30,294 nt of DNA from Candidatus Acidiferrum sp. Lineage in GTDB: Bacteria; Chloroflexota; Dormibacteria; Dormibacterales; Dormibacteraceae. The number at the start of each line of letters is the position of its first letter. Within the stretch, counting starts at the first letter, position 1. The translations under genes were made by a program, and so were the position numbers. The DNA is taken from NCBI GenBank assembly GCA_035511715.1, contig DATKFA010000116.1:1-30294 (forward strand). Direction: 5' to 3'. This document shows positions 16,494-25,537 of this stretch, in pieces. The notes under the pieces are model-generated. The model saw nothing but the letters and a program-made list of their open reading frames with translations. It did not search any database and was not told the origin of the DNA.

Positions 16494-18424
16494 ACGCGCT
16501 AAGGCGGTTTGCTCAACGCGCACGTGGTCCATTCGCGGAAAACGTGATCGCGCTCTTTGGCGCGATGGCCGCGCTCGGAATCGCAACGCTGTGGGTCGGT
16601 CGGATCGCGGGACCGGTCGGAGTCGGCAACTACGCGATGCTGCGAATTCTCCCGTGGCTGGTGGCGGTGGTCGTCTCCGGAGGCCTGGCCGGCTCGCTGG
16701 CTTACTTCCTCTCGGGCCCGACGCGAGACCGCAAAGACGCGCCGTCGACCGTGGTCGCGATCGCGTTGGCAAGCGGCACCGCGGGCGCGCTTCTGTGGCT
16801 CGTCGCATCACCGCTGCTCCGGACCGTCTTCTTGCGCCAGGTCGGCCTTGGTCTTGTCGCATGGGTTGCGTTGAGGGTTGCGCTGCGCCTTTTCGTCATC
16901 ACCGGAAAAGCCGCTGCTCAGGGCGTCGGAGACCTTCGGGGCAGCAACCTGACGATCTTCCTCGAGGAGCTGATGTTCCTTCCCGCATACGCCGTTATGC
17001 AGCTCGCGGGTCTCGGAGGCGACGCGGCGGTGATCGGCGCGCTGCTGACGGCGGACACAGCGACCGCAGCGCTCGCGTGGGGGCGTCTTTTGCGGCGGGG
17101 CTTCGTGCGTGAAGCCACCGCGCCCTCGTTCGAGCTTGCGCGTCGCATGTACGGCTTCGGAATGCGCGGCCAGATCGGAAGCCTCATCCAGCTGCTCAAC
17201 CTCCGCTTCAACTTCATCTTTCTCGGTGCTCTCGCGGGTCCGGCAGCTCTAGGCCTCTACGCGGTCGCCGCCAAGTACGCCGAATTCCTCCGCCTGGTGC
17301 CGATTGCCGCGAACTGGGTTCTCTATCCGCGGTTCGCCAGGTCCGACCCGGCTGCGGCCGCGAGAACCTCGCGGCGAATGATCCTTCGCGCGGGTGCCGT
17401 CACGGCCACTGGCGCGGTGCCCCTTGCGCTGGGCGCGGTGCTCGTGATCCCGCTGCTTTTCGGAAGGGCGTTTGGGCCGGCGGTTCTGCCCGCGCAGATC
17501 CTCCTGGTCGGGCTCGCGGCCGAAGGGGTCGGAGGTGTGGTGACGGCCTTTCTATTCGGCCGCGGCCGCCCCGGCCTCAACTCGCTTGCGGCAGGCGCAG
17601 GGGTCACCGTGACGGTTGCCCTCGACGTGGTGCTGATTCCCCGCTATGGCGCGGTCGGCGCCGCCATTGCCTCGTCGATCGCGTACCTCACGACGACTTT
17701 CTGCCTCGTGCTGTGGTACCTGCACGTGGTCGGGCCGACTTCGCGTGCCGACCCCATCATCCCGGGCCTGGACAGCATCGCGCCCGACCCGGCACGCCGC
17801 ACCCTCGACATCGCTGTGGCGCTCCTTGGCCTGGTCGTCCTGGCCCCGGTGATGATGGTGGTTCTGATAGGGGCGCGCCTCAGCACGGGAGGCTCGGCCA
17901 TCTACCGCCAGACGCGCGTCGGGGAGGGCGGCCGCCCGTTCACGATGTACAAGATCCGCAGCATGCGGACCGGTCAGGCAGGACCGGAGGTGACTGGGCC
18001 GGCCGACCGGCGCATCACCCGGCTGGGCGCCGCGCTCCGCATGACGAGCCTCGACGAGGTGCCGCAGCTGGTCAACGTGCTGCGCGGCGAGATGACCCTG
18101 GTCGGTCCTCGCCCCGAGACTGTCGCCCTTGCCCTTCGCTATCCGGCCGAGTACCAGGGTGTGTTCGCGTACCGACCGGGGCTCACGGGTCCCGTGCATG
18201 TTCAGCTGCAAGACGCGGTGCCAGAGAACGTGGACGACGTCGAGGCGTTCTACATAAGCGAGCTCCTGCCGTATCGCACGAAGATCGACCTCGCCTACCT
18301 GACGAACCCGTCTCTCGCCGCGACCGTCGGCCTCATCTGGCAGACCGTCGCCTATGTGATGTCGCGTGTGGTCAGCAAAGCGGTTTCGAGATCACGCCGC
18401 CGCGCGGCCGCGCCGGTGACCTGA
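16490..18424 (+). CDS. Fusion protein: Wzx/MOP-type flippase (N-terminal ~410 aa) + monotopic phosphoglycosyl transferase (Bac_transf, C-terminal)
   Basis: Single open frame. Flippase part: [52 protein letters not shown] part: [72 protein letters not shown] overlap with the upstream gene. Confidence 0.9.
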   Translation: MNALRRFAQRARGPFAENVIALFGAMAALGIATLWVGRIAGPVGVGNYAMLRILPWLVAVVVSGGLAGSLAYFLSGPTRDRKDAPSTVVAIALASGTAGALLWLVASPLLRTVFLRQVGLGLVAWVALRVALRLFVITGKAAAQGVGDLRGSNLTIFLEELMFLPAYAVMQLAGLGGDAAVIGALLTADTATAALAWGRLLRRGFVREATAPSFELARRMYGFGMRGQIGSLIQLLNLRFNFIFLGALAGPAALGLYAVAAKYAEFLRLVPIAANWVLYPRFARSDPAAAARTSRRMILRAGAVTATGAVPLALGAVLVIPLLFGRAFGPAVLPAQILLVGLAAEGVGGVVTAFLFGRGRPGLNSLAAGAGVTVTVALDVVLIPRYGAVGAAIASSIAYLTTTFCLVLWYLHVVGPTSRADPIIPGLDSIAPDPARRTLDIAVALLGLVVLAPVMMVVLIGARLSTGGSAIYRQTRVGEGGRPFTMYKIRSMRTGQAGPEVTGPADRRITRLGAALRMTSLDEVPQLVNVLRGEMTLVGPRPETVALALRYPAEYQGVFAYRPGLTGPVHVQLQDAVPENVDDVEAFYISELLPYRTKIDLAYLTNPSLAATVGLIWQTVAYVMSRVVSKAVSRSRRRAAAPVT

Positions 18425-18461
18425 GAAACGCGGGTGATCTTGACCGTGACATTTGACTCGC

Positions 18462-18490
18462 TTGACGCACGGATGGCCCGTCCTTACGTT
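18462..18490 (+). promoter_or_regulatory. Candidate sigma70-type promoter for the large FN3 protein
   Basis: TTGACG (18462-18467) - 17 nt - TACGTT (18485-18490), 36 nt upstream of ATG 18527. Confidence 0.5.
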
Positions 18491-18526
18491 TGCCTCGCAG
18501 CTATCCGAAGGAACAGTACAGGGCTC

Positions 18527-21500
18527 ATGCGCAGAACCCTGAGCCTCGGCTTGACCCTTGGCTTGGTGGTCTTCTTTGTCATTTCCGCTCCCCAGCGAGC
18601 GGCGGCCGCGTCCATCGCGTGCACCACCGCGGACCTCATCGCCGCGATCAATTCAGCCAACGCCACCCCGGGCGGCGCCACGATCACCCTGGCGACGGCC
18701 TGCGCCTACACCCTGACCGCGGCAAACAACTCAACCGACGGTGCCACGGGCCTGCCGGTCATCACGGGCAACGTCAGCATCGCGGGTGGTGGCGCGACCA
18801 TAACCCGCTCGGCGGCAAACGGAACCCCGACCTTCCGCATATTCGACGTGGCAGGCTCGGGCACCCTGACGGTGGATTCGCTGACGATCAGCAACGGTCT
18901 GATGTCCAGCAACGGATCGATTGGCGGTGCCGGCATCTACAACCACGGAACCCTTTCCGTCAGTAGGAGCACGTTCACGGGCAACTCATCGCCGTCCCCC
19001 AACGGTGTATCCGGCGGCGCCATCAGCAACAGCGGCAACCTGACCGTGACGACCACCACCTTCACGAACAACCGCGCCCAGGAGGGCGCGAGCATCTTCA
19101 ACCAGAACATGGCGACGGTCTCGCAGACGACGTTCGCCAACAACAACGGCTTCATCTACGGGGGCGGCGGCGTTCTCAACGCCTTCGGCACGACCAACGT
19201 CGACTCGAGCCTGTTCGTGGGCAATATCGGGAAAGGCGGCGGCGCGATCGACAACGACACGACGATGACCGTCCGCAACAGCACCTTCTACAACAATTCG
19301 GACAACGGGAGCGGCGGTGGGGCCGTCAACAACTTCGGGACCATGACCTTCATCCAGACAACGTTCTCCGGCAACAAGGCGAACACCGGGGCGAACATCC
19401 ACAACTACAGCTCCGGATCGGTCATCGCTTCGACGACCCTGGTCATGACCATCGTGGCCAACCCTGTCGGCGGCAGCAACTGCAACACCAACGGAAAGGC
19501 GTTCATCGACAACGGCTACAACCTGGCGAGCGACTCGTCGTGCGGCCTCTCGTCCGCCCAGCATTCGCTCAGCAACACAAATCCGCAGCTGGTGGCGCTC
19601 GCGTCGAACGGCGGAGCGACCCAGACGATGGCGCTTCCTTTGACAAGCCCGGCCGTCAACGCAATTCCAACGAGCTTCAACGGATGCAGCGGCAGCACCG
19701 ATCAGCGTGGGGTCGCCCGGCCGCAAGGCGCCGGTTGTGACGTCGGGGCTTTCGAGACGATCATCGACAGCAACGACACGCAGCCACCCACAGTTCCGAC
19801 CGGGCTCGCCGCGACTTCGGTTTCCGCATCATCCGTCTCGCTCTCCTGGAACCAATCGACCGACGACGTCGCGGTCACGGGCTACACGGTTTACCGCAAC
19901 GGGTCCGCCATCGGCAGCACCGGATCCGTTGGCGCGACCACCTACACCGACGGCACAGTCAGCCCCGCGACCACGTATTCGTACACGGTGGATGCATTCG
20001 ACGCGGGCACGCTCCATTCGGCGCAGTCGCCGCCGCTGTCGGTCACGACGTCTGCACCGCCACCGGGTGTGCACTGGAACCAGAGCGCGCAGCTCGGCAC
20101 CGGCGGCACCGCTACGTCGGCGACGCTCAGCCTCAGCGGAGCTGTCAACGCCGGCGATCTCCTTGTCGGATGGTTCGGCCAGTACAACTCGAGCGGCCAG
20201 GTCAAAGTTTCTGACAACGTCAACGGAGCCTGGATTCGGGGCGCCTCGGAGACATGGTCGAGCAGCTCCGGAGATCTGGCGCTGTACTACGTGCAGAACT
20301 CGCTCGCCGCACCGAACGGCGTGAACATCACCATCACCTCCACGTCGGCGACCTACCTCGAGGCCGCGGCCGGCGACTACTCCGGGGTGGCGCTCACGGG
20401 AGCGCTGGACACGGCGTCCGTGGCCAAGGGAGTCGGTACGGCCGTCGACTCGGGCGCCACTGCCGCCACCGGCGCCGGCGAGCTCGTCGTGGGCGGGATC
20501 ATCACCGGCGGGTCGCCGAGCAGCGTGACACCAGGAACCAGCCAGGGTCAGGCCTTCACCATGAGGGCGCAGAGACCGTCCGGGTCGGTCGACATCGAGG
20601 ATGTTCTGTCGAGCGCGGCGGGAGCGCAGAACGGACGCGCGACGTTCGGGTCGTCCACCGACTGGTACGCGGTGGGCGCGGCCTTCCATCAGTACACCAA
20701 CCCGGACGCGCAGCCGCCCACGGTACCGGGCGCGCTCACCGCCACGGCGAGCTCGTCGCCGCTGCAGGTCACCGTGGCCTGGAACGCCTCTACGGACAAC
20801 GTCGGCGTGACGGGCTACACGATCCGCCGGAACGGTGCTGTGCTGACCTCGGTCTCAGGCTCGACGCTGTCGTACGTCGACACGACCGTGGCCAGCGCCG
20901 CGACCTATTCGTACACGGTGGACGCGTCAGACGCCGCCGGCAACCACTCCGCCCAATCTTCACCCGCGACCGTGACGACGCCCGACACGGTCCCTCCCAC
21001 CGTGCCGACCGGCTTGAAAGCCAATCCGGTGTCGAGCGGTGAGGTCGACCTGAGCTGGAGCGCCTCCTCCGACAACGTCGCCGTCACCGGGTACACGTTG
21101 TACCGCAACGGATCGGTGCTCACCACGACCGTCGCGACCGCGACGTCCTTCGCCGACACGACCGTCACACCGACGACGACCTACACCTACACGGTCGACG
21201 CCTTCGACGCCGCCGGCAACCACTCCGCTCAGTCCTCGGGCGTGAGCGCGACTACACCCGGAGTCCCCGACACGCAGCCACCGTCCATTCCGACCGGCGT
21301 CGCCGCGAACGCGGGACCGGTGGGCGAGGTGGACGTGAGCTGGAGCGGATCGACGGACAACGTCGCGGTGACGGGCTATACCGTCTACCGCAACGGGACC
21401 GTGCTCGGAACGGTCTCGGCGTCGAGCCTCGCGTACGCCGACAAGACGGCTGCCGGCTCGACCACGTACACCTACACCGTCGACGCATTCGACGCGGCCG

Positions 21501-23575
21501 GCAACCACTCGAGCCAGTCCGCGGCCGCTTCGATCACGACCCCCGACTGGACGCCGCCCACGACGCCGACCGGCCTGACCGCCACTGCCGTGTCGAGCGG
21601 TGAGGTCGACTTGAGCTGGAGCGCCTCCTCCGACAACGTCGCTGTCACCGGGTACACGGTGTACCGCAACGGCTCGGTGCTGATCACGACCCCCGCGACC
21701 ACGACGTCCTTCGCCGACACCACCGTGGCTCCGACGACGACCTACACCTACACGGTCGACGCCTTCGACGCCGCCGGCAACCACTCCGCCAGGTCGTCCG
21801 GCGCGAGCGCGACGACCCCCGGCGTCCCGGACACGCAGCCACCGTCCATTCCGACCGGTGTCGCCGCGAACGCAGGGCCGGCGGGCGAGGTCGACGTGAG
21901 CTGGAGCGCGTCGACGGACAACGTCGCGGTGACCGGCTACACCGTCTACCGCAACGGGACCGTGCTCGGAACAGTCCCCGCCGCGAGCCTCGCCTACGCC
22001 GACAAGACGGTTGCCGCCTCGACGGCGTACAGCTACACGGTCGACGCTTTCGACGCGGCCGGGAACCACTCGAACCAGTCGACGGCCGCCACGATCACGA
22101 CCGCCGACTGGACGCCGCCCACCACGCCGACCGGCCTGGTCGCGACGGTGGTGACGAACGGCGAGATCGACCTTTCCTGGAACGCATCCACCGACAACGT
22201 GGCCGTGACCGGTTACACCGTCTATCGCAATGGAGTTGCGATCGGCACGACCGCCGGCTCGACCCTGACGTACGCCGACACCACCGTCGGCCACGGCTTC
22301 ACCTACTCGTACACGATCGATGCCTTCGACGGGGCGGGCAACCACTCGCCGCAGTCGACTGGAGCCACCGCGACCACTCTGGACGACATCGCGCCCACGA
22401 CTCCCGGCGGTTTCACCGCGAAGGCTGCGTCGGGGACGAGCGTGACCATGTCCTGGTCGGCGGCCACCGACAACGTTGGCGTCACCGGGTATGACGTGTT
22501 TCGCGACAGCGTCTTTCTGATCAAGGTCGGCGCGACGACGCTTACCTACACGGACACGGTCGGTGTCGGCAGCACGCACACCTACGCCGTCGACGCGGTC
22601 GACGCAGCAGGCAACCACTCTGCCCTGTCCACGCCGGTGACCGTGACCACGCCGACCACCGACGTCACGCCGCCCACCGTGCCTGCCGGACTCACGGCGA
22701 CCGCGGCCGGCTCGACCAAGGTCAACCTGGCCTGGAACGCGTCGACCGACGACGTGGGCGTGACCGGGTACACGATCTACAAGAACGGCACGGCGCTCAC
22801 CACCGTCGGCGCCTCGACGCTGACCTACGCCGACGCGGCCGTGACGCCCGCGACCAACTACTCGTACACGGTCGACGCGTTCGACGCAGCCGGCAACCAC
22901 TCGGCGCAGTCCGCGCCGGCGACCGTGCACGTACCGGGTGTGCCCAAGTTCGTCCAGGCCGCGGTGGTCTCTACGGGTACGACGGTGACCAGCGTGACCC
23001 TCAGCTTCGGCCCGGTTGCCGGCGGCGACCTCCTGGTGGGATGGTTCGGCCAGTGGAACTCCACAGGGCAGGTGAAGGTCTCAGACAATGTCAACGGCGC
23101 GTGGACGCGTGCTGCCGGCACTGTGTGGAATGGAGGCACGAGCCCAGGCGATGTCGCGCTCTACTACCACGCCAACTCGGCCGCCGCCCCAGGCGGGCTC
23201 ACGATCACGATCTCGAGCACAAGTGCGACGTACCTGCAGGGCAGCGCGGCCGAGTATTCCGGTGTGGCGACCGTGAACCCGATCGACCAGGTGGTCATCG
23301 CCACGGGCTCCAGCAACAGCGCCGACTCCGGGCTGACCGCCGCAGTTGGAGCGGGCGAGCTCGTCTACGGCGGGATGATCGCGACCAACGGTCCAGGCAC
23401 CTCGACGGCCGGAACGAGCCAGGGGATCGCTTTCACCAAGCGCGCCCAGAACGCCAGCGGATCGCAGGCCGAGGAGGACATCGCCTCGAGCGCCGCCGGC
23501 CAGCAGCACGCCGGCTTCACCTTCCCCACCTCGACCCCGTGGTTCGCGGTCTGCGCGGTGTTCAAAGCCGCCTAG
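18527..23575 (+). CDS. Large secreted protein: signal peptide + beta-helix/GGAI-repeat domain with a choice-of-anchor-Q-like end + FN3 + unknown ~210-aa domain + 8 FN3 + second copy of the unknown domain
   Basis: MRRTLSLGLTLGLVVFFVISAPQRAAAA; GGAI.N repeats; DQRGVARPQGAGCDVGAFE; D..PP(T/S).P.G...W..STDNV.VTGY.VYRNG repeats. Confidence 0.92.
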   Translation: MRRTLSLGLTLGLVVFFVISAPQRAAAASIACTTADLIAAINSANATPGGATITLATACAYTLTAANNSTDGATGLPVITGNVSIAGGGATITRSAANGTPTFRIFDVAGSGTLTVDSLTISNGLMSSNGSIGGAGIYNHGTLSVSRSTFTGNSSPSPNGVSGGAISNSGNLTVTTTTFTNNRAQEGASIFNQNMATVSQTTFANNNGFIYGGGGVLNAFGTTNVDSSLFVGNIGKGGGAIDNDTTMTVRNSTFYNNSDNGSGGGAVNNFGTMTFIQTTFSGNKANTGANIHNYSSGSVIASTTLVMTIVANPVGGSNCNTNGKAFIDNGYNLASDSSCGLSSAQHSLSNTNPQLVALASNGGATQTMALPLTSPAVNAIPTSFNGCSGSTDQRGVARPQGAGCDVGAFETIIDSNDTQPPTVPTGLAATSVSASSVSLSWNQSTDDVAVTGYTVYRNGSAIGSTGSVGATTYTDGTVSPATTYSYTVDAFDAGTLHSAQSPPLSVTTSAPPPGVHWNQSAQLGTGGTATSATLSLSGAVNAGDLLVGWFGQYNSSGQVKVSDNVNGAWIRGASETWSSSSGDLALYYVQNSLAAPNGVNITITSTSATYLEAAAGDYSGVALTGALDTASVAKGVGTAVDSGATAATGAGELVVGGIITGGSPSSVTPGTSQGQAFTMRAQRPSGSVDIEDVLSSAAGAQNGRATFGSSTDWYAVGAAFHQYTNPDAQPPTVPGALTATASSSPLQVTVAWNASTDNVGVTGYTIRRNGAVLTSVSGSTLSYVDTTVASAATYSYTVDASDAAGNHSAQSSPATVTTPDTVPPTVPTGLKANPVSSGEVDLSWSASSDNVAVTGYTLYRNGSVLTTTVATATSFADTTVTPTTTYTYTVDAFDAAGNHSAQSSGVSATTPGVPDTQPPSIPTGVAANAGPVGEVDVSWSGSTDNVAVTGYTVYRNGTVLGTVSASSLAYADKTAAGSTTYTYTVDAFDAAGNHSSQSAAASITTPDWTPPTTPTGLTATAVSSGEVDLSWSASSDNVAVTGYTVYRNGSVLITTPATTTSFADTTVAPTTTYTYTVDAFDAAGNHSARSSGASATTPGVPDTQPPSIPTGVAANAGPAGEVDVSWSASTDNVAVTGYTVYRNGTVLGTVPAASLAYADKTVAASTAYSYTVDAFDAAGNHSNQSTAATITTADWTPPTTPTGLVATVVTNGEIDLSWNASTDNVAVTGYTVYRNGVAIGTTAGSTLTYADTTVGHGFTYSYTIDAFDGAGNHSPQSTGATATTLDDIAPTTPGGFTAKAASGTSVTMSWSAATDNVGVTGYDVFRDSVFLIKVGATTLTYTDTVGVGSTHTYAVDAVDAAGNHSALSTPVTVTTPTTDVTPPTVPAGLTATAAGSTKVNLAWNASTDDVGVTGYTIYKNGTALTTVGASTLTYADAAVTPATNYSYTVDAFDAAGNHSAQSAPATVHVPGVPKFVQAAVVSTGTTVTSVTLSFGPVAGGDLLVGWFGQWNSTGQVKVSDNVNGAWTRAAGTVWNGGTSPGDVALYYHANSAAAPGGLTITISSTSATYLQGSAAEYSGVATVNPIDQVVIATGSSNSADSGLTAAVGAGELVYGGMIATNGPGTSTAGTSQGIAFTKRAQNASGSQAEEDIASSAAGQQHAGFTFPTSTPWFAVCAVFKAA
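19775..22940 (+). repeat. Nine fibronectin type III repeats: one at ~19775-20060 and eight in tandem at ~20705-22940
   Basis: Repeat starts DTQPPTVP, DAQPPTVP, DTVPPTVP, DTQPPSIP, DWTPPTTP, DTQPPSIP, DWTPPTTP, DDIAPTTP, DVTPPTVP; most end in YTVDAFDAAGNHS. Confidence 0.9.
21029..22140 (+). repeat. Recent 561-nt tandem duplication of a two-FN3 unit
   Basis: GTGTCGAGCGGTGAGGTCGAC begins at 21029 and 21590; GACTGGACGCCGCCCAC begins at 21545 and 22106 (both offsets 561). Long near-identical stretches lie between these anchors. Confidence 0.88.
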
Positions 23576-23668
23576 TTCAAAGTCCGGCTCGATCCTGGGT
23601 CTGGTGTCCCAGCCCCGACGATCCCCACTATGGGAACGACGTCGCATCGAACATAAGCTCGAGGTGGC

Positions 23669-25501
23669 TTGTGCGGCATCATCGGCTACCTCGGCAACCG
23701 TGAGGCGACTCCGGTGCTGCTCGACGGCCTCCGCAGCCTGGAGTACCGCGGCTACGACTCGGCCGGGATCGCGGTCCTGGATCGCACCGCACGCTTGACC
23801 ACCACGACCAAGAGTGAGACGAACGTGGCCAGGCTTGCCGAAACAATCGGCGATCGGATCCCTGAGGGCCGGCTGGGCATCGGCCACACGCGTTGGGCGA
23901 CTCACGGCAAGCCGAACCTCACCAACGCACATCCCCACTCTGACTGCAGCGGCCGGATCACGGTCGTGCACAACGGCATCATCGAGAACTTCGCCGAGCT
24001 CAAAGCAGCGCTGATCGCAGGCGGCCACCGATTCGTGTCCGACACCGACACCGAGGTGATCCCGCACCTGATCGAGGACAGCTACAAGGGGGATCTGCTC
24101 AGCGCGGTAAGGGCGGCGCTCAAGCGCGTCCGGGGTGCCTACGCGCTCGCCATCTTCTCGCTGGATGAGCCAGACCTTCTCATCGGCGCCCGTCTCAACG
24201 CGCCATTGGTGATCGGCGTCGGAGAGGACGAATTCTTCATTGCCTCGGATATCACGGCCGTCATCCCGTACACGAAGAAGGTGCTCGTCCTGGGCGAGGG
24301 TGAGATCGCAGCGGTCACGCCGCTTGGGCCAACGGTCTCGACGATCGACGGAACTCCAGTGTCGAGCAAGCTCATCCATGTCGACTGGGATGTGAGCCAG
24401 GCGCAGAAGGGTGGCTACCACCACTTCATGCAGAAGGAGATCCACGAGACCCCGGACGCCGTGGCCAACGCCCTGCGCGGCAGGCTGACGAGCGACGGCA
24501 AGGTCGATCTCCAGGATTGCTCGTTGACCGATCGCGAGCTGCGACGCGTCCGCAACGTGCTGCTCCTGGGTATGGGCACGTCGCTGCACGCCGCGATGAT
24601 CGGCCAGTACCTGATCGAGGACTGGCTCGGCCTTCCCGCTCGCGCCGAGGACGCTTCCGAATTTCGCTACCGCCGGCCGACGATCGGGCGGGAAACGCTC
24701 ACAGTCGCCCTGACGCAGTCAGGCGAGACCGCCGACACCATCGTCGCCCTCCGCCAGGCGAAGGCTCAGGGCTCGCTCACGCTGGCGATCACGAACGTAG
24801 TCGCCAGCACGGCGGCCAGGGACAGCGACGGCACCATCTACCTGCACGCCGGTCCCGAGATAGGCGTCGCCTCATCGAAGACTTTCGTCAGCCACCTCGT
24901 CGCCCTGGCACTCGTTGCAACCCGCATCGGCGTCGCCCAGGAAAGGATCGCCCTGGAAAGGCGGGAAGAGCTGACGCAGACACTTCGCGAGCTCCCCGAG
25001 ATGCTGCGCGGAATCCTCGTACGCGAGGCCGAGATCGAGCGGCTGGCGAAGCGCTACTCGACGTTCGAGGACTTCATGTTCGTGGGTCGAGGCATCAGCT
25101 ATCCCGTCGCGCTCGAGGGCGCGTTGAAGCTCAAGGAGATCTCCTACGTCCATGCGGAAGGGACGTCGGCGGGCGCGCTCAAACACGGACCCATCGCGCT
25201 TCTCGAAAAGACATTCCCCGTCATCGCCATTTGCACCGACAGCGCCACCACCGACAAGATGGCGGGCAACGTCCACGAGGTGGTGGCCCGCGATGCACCG
25301 GTCCTGGCTCTGGTCACGGAAGGAGACCGCCGCCTCGACGGTGTCGCCACGGATGTGATCTCGATCCCACCTGGCGACGAGGTCGCGGTGGCGATCATGA
25401 ACACGGTCGTGCTTCAGCTCTTCGCGTACTATGTCGCGGTCGAGCTCGGTCGCAACATCGACCAGCCACGCAACCTCGCCAAAAGCGTGACCGTCGAGTA
25501 A
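23669..25501 (+). CDS. glmS: Glutamine--fructose-6-phosphate aminotransferase (isomerizing)
   Basis: GTG start, (M)CGIIGY N-terminal Cys nucleophile, LEYRGYDSAG, GIGHTRWATHG, HNGIIEN, TQSGETADT, EGALKLKEISY.HAEG, KHGPIAL, C-terminal NIDQPRNLAKSVTVE. Confidence 0.97.
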   Translation: MCGIIGYLGNREATPVLLDGLRSLEYRGYDSAGIAVLDRTARLTTTTKSETNVARLAETIGDRIPEGRLGIGHTRWATHGKPNLTNAHPHSDCSGRITVVHNGIIENFAELKAALIAGGHRFVSDTDTEVIPHLIEDSYKGDLLSAVRAALKRVRGAYALAIFSLDEPDLLIGARLNAPLVIGVGEDEFFIASDITAVIPYTKKVLVLGEGEIAAVTPLGPTVSTIDGTPVSSKLIHVDWDVSQAQKGGYHHFMQKEIHETPDAVANALRGRLTSDGKVDLQDCSLTDRELRRVRNVLLLGMGTSLHAAMIGQYLIEDWLGLPARAEDASEFRYRRPTIGRETLTVALTQSGETADTIVALRQAKAQGSLTLAITNVVASTAARDSDGTIYLHAGPEIGVASSKTFVSHLVALALVATRIGVAQERIALERREELTQTLRELPEMLRGILVREAEIERLAKRYSTFEDFMFVGRGISYPVALEGALKLKEISYVHAEGTSAGALKHGPIALLEKTFPVIAICTDSATTDKMAGNVHEVVARDAPVLALVTEGDRRLDGVATDVISIPPGDEVAVAIMNTVVLQLFAYYVAVELGRNIDQPRNLAKSVTVE

Positions 25502-25537
25502 GCGCAGCGGCCCTGACGAACCGAGGAATTCGCTGAT

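Noticed and set aside
1-22940. PKD and FN3 periodicity as CRISPR or other non-coding repeats
   Set aside because: The repeats are in-frame protein domains of ~250-280 nt with synonymous divergence, not short identical repeats with unique spacers.
23576-23668. Possible glmS ribozyme upstream of glmS
   Set aside because: The gap is only 93 nt with short 4-5 bp stems, and I cannot see the conserved core; an Infernal scan would settle it.
7272-24589. Long - strand ORFs such as 7272-8375, 8492-10018, 12237-13319, 15228-16862, 20960-22930 and 23081-24589
   Set aside because: They lie opposite genes with clear family motifs, have no motifs of their own, and are the expected by-product of high-GC codon bias.
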